A stretch of DNA of 64,000 nucleotides, taken from an uncultured bacterium (lineage in GTDB: Bacteria > Abyssobacteria > SURF-5 > CBDUXP01). The notes beneath the pieces are model-generated. The model ran no database searches, was not told the DNA's origin, and saw only the letters and a list, made by a program, of their open reading frames with translations. A program made the position numbers and the translations under genes. Numbering within the stretch: the first letter of the stretch is position 1; each line of letters starts with the position of its first letter. Positions 48,028 to 55,465 of this stretch are shown here, piece by piece. Location of the stretch: contig CBDUXP010000001.1 of the NCBI GenBank assembly GCA_965371225.1, positions 71,883 through 135,882 on the forward strand, given 5' to 3'.

Positions 48028-48860
48028 ACGGGCGCGGGCGCTGCGGCGCCGCACGGCGGGCATTAGTGCTGGCCCTGGTCCTCGCCGGCGGCATGGGCTG
48101 TGGGGGCGATGCCCGGGCCGTCGCGCAACCGGTTCCGGCGGACGTGCCGCGGGTGGCCGTCGGCGATCCGTACATCGACTTCACGGCCCCGGATGCGGAC
48201 GGGAACGCCTTCACCCTGTCCTCGCTTGACGGCACCCCCATCCTGCTGAAGTTCTTCCGCGGCCACTGGTGACCCTACTGCGTCTCCGAGTTGCGGAGTT
48301 GGGAAGAGCTGCGGGGCGACTTCGACGCGCTGGGCATCGCGCGGATCGGAATCAGCTCGGACACGGTGGATCAGGCCGCCGGCATGGCGGAGAAGTACGG
48401 GTTCAGTATCCGGTTGTTGAACGACGCGGACCTGACCGTAACGGACCGCTACAACCTGCGGTACACCGATAACAAGACGCCAATCGCGACCACGTTGTTC
48501 ATCACCGCGGACGGTATCGTACGTTGGATCGACGTGGCGCCCGATTACCGCAAGCGCACGGAAGGCGTACAGGTACTGGCGGCGGTGCGGCGTGCCCTGG
48601 CGACCGGTTCAGAGGCCGCCGAGTCGACCGTAGAACCGGTTGCGACGAGCTTCGGCGTCGTGCTCGTGGATCCGGGCAAGAACAAACTGCAGGTCATCAA
48701 GGCAGTGCGGACGATCACGGGGCTGGGACTGGCTGACGCCAAGGCGCTCGTGGAGGACGCTGCGGAATTCATCCAGCAGGGTCTGACACAGGCGGAAGCG
48801 GACGGGATCGCCGCCCGGCTCGTACAGGCTGGCGCGACGGTCGAGATTCGGCCAGGGTGA
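48024..48860 (+). CDS. Secreted AhpC/TSA-redoxin-family selenoprotein (UxxC, TGA at 48270..48272) fused to a C-terminal ribosomal-protein-bL12 (L7/L12) C-terminal-domain-like module
   Basis: ORFs 48024..48272 and 48291..48860 share a frame and are split only by TGA: ...[48 protein letters not shown]... N-terminal signal peptide ([16 protein letters not shown]). The C-terminal 65 aa, [68 protein letters not shown], aligns closely with E. coli bL12 CTD, [68 protein letters not shown]. Putative TTG start overlaps the stop of the preceding gene. Confidence 0.6.
48284..48298 (+). promoter_or_regulatory. Candidate SECIS hairpin for Sec-redoxin 2
   Basis: CUCCG-AGUUG-CGGAG. Same loop and GAGUUGC context as paralog 1, with compensatory stem changes. 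Confidence 0.5.
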
Positions 48861-48935
48861 TGCATTGTGGGGCCCGGGTCCCTTTGGTATACTCGGGCGG
48901 TCGCGGCGGGGTGGACGGACCCCGCCCGCGCTTTT

Positions 48936-49012
<77 letters not shown>

Positions 49013-49048
49013 CCAGCCCGCCCAGCCCGGCGGTTTGCGCGTACGGTG

Positions 49049-49077
49049 TTGACGCCCCGGGCGGGCAGGGCTAGGCT
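49049..49077 (+). promoter_or_regulatory. Candidate sigma70-type promoter TTGACG-N17-TAGGCT, 12 nt upstream of the 49089 ATG (near-leaderless transcript)
   Basis: TTGACG at 49049..49054, 17-nt spacer, TAGGCT at 49072..49077. Found by eye. Confidence 0.3.
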
Positions 49078-49088
49078 GCGCACTTAGC

Positions 49089-50144
49089 ATGTGGGATGAC
49101 TATCTGGAAGTCCCGTTTTCGCCCGAGTGTGTGGATGAATGCCGGGATGCGTGTAGCGCCGCGTTCGAGCTGCAGCGCGAGCACATGCAGATGCTCATGT
49201 CCACCCTCAAGCCGCGGGGGATTGCATGCTTGGGCGCGGGCGTCCTGAATGACATCCCCATCGACAGCTTCATCGTGGGCGGGGCGCAGGTCTACCTGGT
49301 CGATTGGATCCCGGACGTGTCCCGGGAAGGGTTCCGCGGGCGCCTCATCGCTGAAGACGGGGATGGCTACGACTGCCTCTTGTGCGAGGAACGCTGCGCG
49401 TCCGGAAACTTCTGCGCGGCGTTCCAGCCCCCGGTACACCCCGTCCATCGGGTGTGCCACAATTTCGTACTGGCCGAGGGGGCGCATCCGCGATGCGAGA
49501 ACTACGCGCCGGGGCCAGAGCCCCATTTCGTGACGGGGGACGTCACGGGGGGCCGCGCGCAACGGTTTGCGGAATCGCTGCCGGACATCGTGCGCGAAGC
49601 GAAAACCCCCGCCCGGGCGTTCCGCAAAGCCATCAGCCACTGCCAACGCTGCGCCACCGTGAACGAGCGGCTCGATATCGAGGCGGGGTCCCAGGACCTG
49701 GTGACGTCGTCCATGATGGTGTCGCAATTCGAGCACGAGCCCTACACGTTCTTCGCGAAGCTGATGGAGGAACACTTCGGGCGCAAATCGATCGAGGAAA
49801 AGACCGCCGAGTTGACGCCGCTGTTGGAGCAGTTGCGCTCGGACCTGTTCCAAGTGCAGATGGACGGGCATGTGCGGGAACTCTACCGCCTGGTGGACAA
49901 GGACCGTGGGAAGGTGTACTTCTCCGTGGAGCTGTTCCACGCCCGGCCGGCGGACGACAAGTACTTCCTGCTGCACGAGAGCCCCGCGGTCCTGGACACG
50001 CTGAGCAAGTACTTCCACTTCGACTTCTCGTTCATCCCCCCCCAAGAGTCGCTCAAGGAAGTCACCACGGGGCAGCGGCCCTCCATCGTCCAATCGTTCG
50101 TCCTCCATCCCATCGAGAACCTGGAGAAAGCCGCCGCGTTCTGA
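49089..50144 (+). CDS. Hypothetical Cys-rich protein with class-I-methyltransferase-like N-terminal motifs
   Basis: 351 aa. GIACLGAGVLNDIP (GxGxG-like) and VYLVDWIPD (acidic end of beta-2) suggest a Rossmann SAM-binding fold. Cys clusters present (CVDECRDAC; CLLCEERCASGNFC; CHNF...C; CQRC). No confident family assignment. Confidence 0.45.
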   Translation: MWDDYLEVPFSPECVDECRDACSAAFELQREHMQMLMSTLKPRGIACLGAGVLNDIPIDSFIVGGAQVYLVDWIPDVSREGFRGRLIAEDGDGYDCLLCEERCASGNFCAAFQPPVHPVHRVCHNFVLAEGAHPRCENYAPGPEPHFVTGDVTGGRAQRFAESLPDIVREAKTPARAFRKAISHCQRCATVNERLDIEAGSQDLVTSSMMVSQFEHEPYTFFAKLMEEHFGRKSIEEKTAELTPLLEQLRSDLFQVQMDGHVRELYRLVDKDRGKVYFSVELFHARPADDKYFLLHESPAVLDTLSKYFHFDFSFIPPQESLKEVTTGQRPSIVQSFVLHPIENLEKAAAF

Positions 50145-50265
50145 CCGCGGGCCTCGCCCCGTCGGACGGGGCCGGGCTTCACTCCCCGACCGCCGGGGGT
50201 GCCATCGCGCCGGGTCGGCGACCCGCGTAGCGCCACGGGCGTAGCACTGGTAGGAGACGCGTGGA

Positions 50266-50730
50266 ATGGAAACTGGGATGACTGCGAGATACGTCCACAC
50301 GAATCTCATCGCGCGCGACATTGCAGCCCTCGCTGCGTTCTACGAGCGCGTCTTCGGATGCACGCCCATCGGCCCGGAACAGCATCTCGCCGGGAAATGG
50401 GTTGAAGACATCACGGGCGTGGCCGGCGCCGCGATTCGGGTGATGCACTTGCGAATGCCGGGCTGCGGTGAGGACGGCCCGACGCTGGAGGTCATTCAGT
50501 ACGACACTCAACCGGCACGAGTCACCACAACACCGAACGCCCCCGGATTCGGGCACATCGCCTTCGCCGTTGAAGATGTGCCAGCGGCTCGCGACGCGGT
50601 CATTGCGGCTGGGGGTGGCCGCGTCGGCGAAGTCGTCTCCGTGGACATTCCCGGGCGCGGGCACCTGACGGAAACGTATGTCACCGACCCTGAGGGGAAT
50701 GTCGTTGAACTGCAGCACTGGTCGGATTGA
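50266..50730 (+). CDS. VOC-family (glyoxalase/bleomycin-resistance/dioxygenase fold) protein
   Basis: Two beta-alpha-beta-beta-beta modules. HTNLIARDIAALAAFYERVFG and GFGHIAFAVEDVPAARDAVIAAGG resemble glyoxalase-I-like metal-binding segments. Confidence 0.65.
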   Translation: METGMTARYVHTNLIARDIAALAAFYERVFGCTPIGPEQHLAGKWVEDITGVAGAAIRVMHLRMPGCGEDGPTLEVIQYDTQPARVTTTPNAPGFGHIAFAVEDVPAARDAVIAAGGGRVGEVVSVDIPGRGHLTETYVTDPEGNVVELQHWSD

Positions 50731-50833
50731 CGGGAAGTCCCGCGCATGGCAGGGGTGAACGGGACACGGTAGAGTAGAAGGCGCTGCGGCGTCGCCCGGC
50801 CTGCACCTCCCGGGCGCCGCAGGTGTTCCACTC

Positions 50834-53239
50834 ATGGCCCCCTCGTCCCGGCAGGTCGACCCCGACGATCCAACAGTGGTTTCGTCGCGGGGCACACCGG
50901 CGCAAGACACCACCGTTCGGGGCGACCGGCCCCTCCCACCGGCGGACCAGAGGCCCGATCCGGATGCGACCCTCCCGACGGAGGGCATGTCCGTCGCCAT
51001 GCCGCAGACGGATGAGGACACCCTCGCGAGCCAGGGGTTGTACTCGCGCGGGGAGGAGATTGGCCGCGGGGGCATGGGCCGCGTGTCCATGGCGTGGGAC
51101 CACAACCTCCAACGCTCCGTGGCGGTGAAGGAAATGTTACCCGCACACCAGGGCGTGGCGGAAGCGGGCGAGCGGTTCTTGCGCGAGGCGTTCCTGACCG
51201 GCGGGCTGGAGCATCCCGGCGTGGTGCCCGTCCACCATTTCGGTGTCAACGGCGAGGGCCTGCCCTTCTACACCATGAAGTACATTGCGGGGCAGACGCT
51301 GGAAGAAGCTATCCGCGGGTTGGAGGAACTCCCCGCGCCGGAGGCAGACTACCAGCGCCTCCTCCTGTTGCAGCGTGCACAGCAGGCGTGTCAGGCCATC
51401 GCGTTCGCGCACACGCAGGGCGTGATCCATCGCGACATCAAGCCGAGCAACATCATGCTCGGCGAGTACGGCGAAACGGTCGTGCTGGATTGGGGCGTGG
51501 CCAAGAAGATCGAAGACGCATCGCAAGTGCCCGCACCATGTCCTGACGAGGTCCCACCGCCCCCAGGCAGCGTGCCGACGAGCGGCGCACGGATCCCACC
51601 CCTCCCGGCTGACGAGCAGCCCGCGCCGGCCGCGCCCGCGCACTCGACGCCGCCTTCCTCGGGCGTGAGCGGTGGGCGCGCCCCCATGGGGGGGTCGAGT
51701 ACCCAAGCCGGGGCGGTGATCGGGACGCCGGCGTACATGGCGCCCGAGCAGGCGCGAGGCGACGTGGAGCAGCTGGGTCCGAGCGCGGACGTGTTCAGTC
51801 TGGGCGCCACCCTGTACTGCCTCGTGACGGGCCGGGCGCCGTATGCGGGGATTCCGCCGGACCGCATCCTCGAGGCGGCGCGCACCGCGCAGTTCCCGCG
51901 CCCGAGCGGCCTGGTTCCCACCGTCCCCCGGGCGCTGGAAACGATCATCCTGCGGGCCATGGCGCAGGCACCGGCCGATCGGTACGGCACCGCGTGCGAA
52001 CTCGCGACGGACCTGGAGCGCTTTCTCACCGGCCAACTGGTGGAGGCGCATCAGTACACCCTGTTGGAGAAAGCCGTGAACTGGTATCGGCATCATCGCG
52101 TGGCGGTGTTGACCATGCTGCTGCTGGGGATCGCCACGAACGTGGTGGCGCTGGTGGTCGCGGGCCTGCACCTGACGCAGACGCTCACGGGCACGTTACT
52201 GTGGATCGCGGACGCGCAGGTTCGCCAGAGCCTGGTGTTGACCGAGGAATGGCTCGCGCCCGCTGCGGGCGCGTTGGGGCTCGTGGAAGATGTGGCGCGC
52301 CGCTATGGCACCGACCGGGAGCCGGCCGAGCGCGCGCTCCACCTACTCAAGCAGTCCATCGACAACGTGGAGCTGGTGTACTACGCCATCGACGACAAAC
52401 GGCACCCACCGGTCAACCTGGGGAGTGATCCGACGCGCGAGTTCCCGGCGGACGTGGACACGCGCACCCGCCCGTGGTACACAGGCGCGCTCGCGGCGGA
52501 GGGGGCCGTCGCCATTACCGACCCGTATACGGAAGTGATTACCGGCCTGACGTGCGTGTCCGTATCCCGACACCTGCGGCTGGAAGGCAATCCCCCGGCT
52601 GACCTCGTGGTCGCCGCGGACATCTTTCTGATGCCCATGATCGAGTTCCTGCGGCCGCGCAACTTCCCGCAGGACGGCGCCGCCGTGTTGTTGAGCGCCG
52701 TGGATCCCAGGGCGCCGCACCCCGCACGCTGGCAGACCGCCAAGCCCATCCTGATAGCGAGCACGCTGGACCCGGCCGTGTTCGACGCCCCGATGCTGGT
52801 GACGGGCACGATCGATCCGACGGCGTTCGACACCGCCACGCAAGCGGCGGCGCAGCGCATGGTCGAGGCCATCCGCGCGGGCAGCAGGCGCGACGCCACC
52901 ATCGACGTGCAGGCGCTGCTGCCGAATCTTGGCGAGGCACAGGCCGTGCCCATGACGGTGCACGCGGCCATGCTCGTCGATCTCGCGGGCCGTCCGCACG
53001 CGGTCTTCACCGCCCCGGTCCCGGACGTGCCATGGGAAGTGAGCGTCATCATTCCCATGGCGCTGCTCACCAGTCCATTCGTCGACGCGGGCCGCGTCCT
53101 GCTGCGCACGTCCGGCATCGGGTTGTTGATCGCCCTCCTGGGGTTGCTGCTCTATTACGCGGTGCGTACCCGGCGGGACCGGCGGCTGCCCGCGGTCGGG
53201 TATGCGCCCGCAAGCACACCACCCCACTCCCGCACGTAA
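50834..53239 (+). CDS. Hanks-type Ser/Thr protein kinase with Pro-rich linker, TM helix and extracytoplasmic Cache-like sensor domain
   Basis: Kinase domain: IGRGGMGRVSMA ... AVKEM ... VIHRDIKPSNIML ... DWGVAKK ... GTPAYMAPEQ. TM helix VAVLTMLLLGIATNVVALVVAGL. Ectodomain carries RPWYTGALAAEGAVAITDPYTEVITG (Cache-like R-P-W-Y ... D-P-Y). A second C-terminal TM follows. Confidence 0.75.
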   Translation: MAPSSRQVDPDDPTVVSSRGTPAQDTTVRGDRPLPPADQRPDPDATLPTEGMSVAMPQTDEDTLASQGLYSRGEEIGRGGMGRVSMAWDHNLQRSVAVKEMLPAHQGVAEAGERFLREAFLTGGLEHPGVVPVHHFGVNGEGLPFYTMKYIAGQTLEEAIRGLEELPAPEADYQRLLLLQRAQQACQAIAFAHTQGVIHRDIKPSNIMLGEYGETVVLDWGVAKKIEDASQVPAPCPDEVPPPPGSVPTSGARIPPLPADEQPAPAAPAHSTPPSSGVSGGRAPMGGSSTQAGAVIGTPAYMAPEQARGDVEQLGPSADVFSLGATLYCLVTGRAPYAGIPPDRILEAARTAQFPRPSGLVPTVPRALETIILRAMAQAPADRYGTACELATDLERFLTGQLVEAHQYTLLEKAVNWYRHHRVAVLTMLLLGIATNVVALVVAGLHLTQTLTGTLLWIADAQVRQSLVLTEEWLAPAAGALGLVEDVARRYGTDREPAERALHLLKQSIDNVELVYYAIDDKRHPPVNLGSDPTREFPADVDTRTRPWYTGALAAEGAVAITDPYTEVITGLTCVSVSRHLRLEGNPPADLVVAADIFLMPMIEFLRPRNFPQDGAAVLLSAVDPRAPHPARWQTAKPILIASTLDPAVFDAPMLVTGTIDPTAFDTATQAAAQRMVEAIRAGSRRDATIDVQALLPNLGEAQAVPMTVHAAMLVDLAGRPHAVFTAPVPDVPWEVSVIIPMALLTSPFVDAGRVLLRTSGIGLLIALLGLLLYYAVRTRRDRRLPAVGYAPASTPPHSRT

Positions 53240-53246
53240 TCCGCCC

Positions 53247-53870
53247 ATGCCCCGTCTCACCCTCCCCAGCGGCACGTCCATGGCGTACGAAGAGACCGGC
53301 GACGGGAGCCCGGTCCTCGTGTTGCACGATGCCGACCAGGCGCCCCAGGACCTGCACCCCCTGACGGACGCCCTGCGACCCACGGCCCGGGTCATTGTTC
53401 CGCACCTCGCGCAGCCCACAGACCCGGCCGCGGTGGGGGCGGATGCTGCCGCCCTCCTCACCGCAAGCGCCGCGGCGCCGGCGAGCGTGATCGGCATCGG
53501 CGCGGGGGCCAGCGTAGCGTTGGTCATGGCGGCCGACCACGCGGCCGTGGTGCACCGGGTAATCGCCGACAGTCCGGCGCTCCCGCTGACCCCGGAGGAT
53601 AGGCTGGGGGACATCATGTGCCACGTACTCCTGGTGTGGGGCGAGGGGGACACCCGCATCCCCCAGACCGACCGCGTCCGCATTGCGCTGCAGGTGCCGC
53701 GCGTCTTGCGCGTGGGTTACCCCTGTGCGGGGGGCGCGTTCGCCAGTCATCGGGACGCGTTTCTCGCGGACCTGCGGGACTGGCTGCACCGAGATCCCGC
53801 GCCGGCGCGCCTGCCCATGAATGAGGAGCGCGCGACGGGGAAGCGGGGACCCGTCCTCTTCGACATTTGA
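53247..53870 (+). CDS. Alpha/beta-hydrolase-fold protein
   Basis: SPVLVLHDADQAPQDL ... VIGIGAGASVAL (nucleophile elbow G-x-G-x-G variant) ... VLLVWGEGDTRIP. Start trimmed to MPRLTLPSG. Confidence 0.5.
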   Translation: MPRLTLPSGTSMAYEETGDGSPVLVLHDADQAPQDLHPLTDALRPTARVIVPHLAQPTDPAAVGADAAALLTASAAAPASVIGIGAGASVALVMAADHAAVVHRVIADSPALPLTPEDRLGDIMCHVLLVWGEGDTRIPQTDRVRIALQVPRVLRVGYPCAGGAFASHRDAFLADLRDWLHRDPAPARLPMNEERATGKRGPVLFDI

Positions 53871-54013
53871 CGGGGGCGCGCGTCAACCGGCGGAGGGCCC
53901 TGCGGCGCAGGAATTGCGCCGGTCCCGCGGTGGGGCGTAGAATGCGCCGCTGCGCCTCCGCAACCAGGGTTGCCCGCGGCCCCTTTTTGTTATCCGGCTG
54001 AAGGCCGCCCCCC

Positions 54014-55129
54014 ATGGCAAAACGCGACTACTACGAGGTGCTCGGCATCGGCCGCGATGCGGACGGCGCCACCATCAAGAAGGCCTATCGGCAGGCTGCG
54101 ATCCAGCACCACCCGGATAAGAACCCGGGCGACCCCCAGGCCGAAGAGCAGTTCAAGGAGGCGTCCGAAGCGTACGAGGTCCTCTCCGATGCCGAGAAGC
54201 GGCAGGTGTACGACCGCTTTGGGCACGAGGGGTTGGACCAGCGCGGGTTCCATCACGGGTTCGGCGCGACCGAAGATATCTTCAGCGCGTTCGGCTCCAT
54301 TTTCGACGACCTGTTCGGCTTTGGCGGCGGCCGGCGGGGGGGCCGGCACTCCCGCGGCGCCGACCTGCAGGTGGAACTCTCCGTGACGCTGGAGGAGGTG
54401 CTGGAAGGCGCCAAGCGATCGCTCAGCGTGGAGTATCGCGAACTCTGCTCCGCGTGCGGCGGCTCGCGGAGCGCGCCCGGCTCTGCACCGGAAACGTGCC
54501 GGACGTGCGCCGGGCGCGGGCAGGTGGTGCGCGCCCAAGGCTTCTTTTCGATCAGTACCACGTGCCCCGCCTGCGGTGGCAGCGGGCAGGTCATCGTCCG
54601 CCCCTGTCCCCGGTGTCGCGGCGCAGGGGTGGAGCCGGTGCCCAAGACGGTCACGGTCACCGTGCCCCCCGGGGCCGACACGGGCACGCGGTTGCGGTTG
54701 CGCGGCTTGGGGGATTCCGGGCCCAGCGGCGGTGCCCCGGGCGACCTGTACGTGCTGATCGTGGTAGAGCGCCACGCGGTGTTCGAGCGCGAGGGCGGCC
54801 ACCTGGTCTGTCAGGTGCCCATCACCTTCGCGCAAGCGGCCCTGGGCGCCCACATCGAGGTGCCGACGCTCGGGGAACCTGAAAAGCTGCGGGTGCCGGC
54901 TGGGACGCCGACCCACACCGTGTTCCAGCTCAAGGGCAAGGGCCTCCCCCACCTGCAGCATCGTGGCCATGGCGACCTCGTGGTGCAGGTCATCGTGGAG
55001 GTGCCCAAGAAGCTGACCCGGGAGCAGCGCCGCCTGTTGGAAGAATTCGATGGGCAAGGCTCGGGCGGCAAACACGCTCCCGATCTGTTGGAACGCATCA
55101 AGCAATTCCGCGACAGCCTGAATCTGTAG
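54014..55129 (+). CDS. dnaJ: Molecular chaperone DnaJ (Hsp40)
   Basis: J-domain DYYEVLGIGRDADGATIKKAYRQAAIQHHPDKN, G/F-rich region, four CxxCxGxG zinc-finger repeats, C-terminal substrate-binding domains. Confidence 0.9.
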   Translation: MAKRDYYEVLGIGRDADGATIKKAYRQAAIQHHPDKNPGDPQAEEQFKEASEAYEVLSDAEKRQVYDRFGHEGLDQRGFHHGFGATEDIFSAFGSIFDDLFGFGGGRRGGRHSRGADLQVELSVTLEEVLEGAKRSLSVEYRELCSACGGSRSAPGSAPETCRTCAGRGQVVRAQGFFSISTTCPACGGSGQVIVRPCPRCRGAGVEPVPKTVTVTVPPGADTGTRLRLRGLGDSGPSGGAPGDLYVLIVVERHAVFEREGGHLVCQVPITFAQAALGAHIEVPTLGEPEKLRVPAGTPTHTVFQLKGKGLPHLQHRGHGDLVVQVIVEVPKKLTREQRRLLEEFDGQGSGGKHAPDLLERIKQFRDSLNL

Positions 55130-55465
55130 TCGGCGTCAGTCCGCGCCTCTCCACGCCGGGGAGATATCGCTCTTTTTCCAGTGTCTTATTATCAATGTTA
55201 TTCGGGTATTAGACACCGAAATTCACCCCTCGTGGCTCCGGACCCGGACCACTCCAGCTGAGGATCTGGAAGCATCGGATCGTACGTAATTACTGATGAT
55301 AGTTGTATTTATGCTGAATCTGGCGTAGACTCTATGATGGCGAACTACGGAAGTTCGGACCTGGGCATAGGGAGGGTCAGAGAGGGTCCCTGCCCGAGGG
55401 AACGTCGTCCCTCCCCAGCGGTGTGATACGAGTCGTCCGGTCGTAGGTGCGAGGAGCATAAGCCA

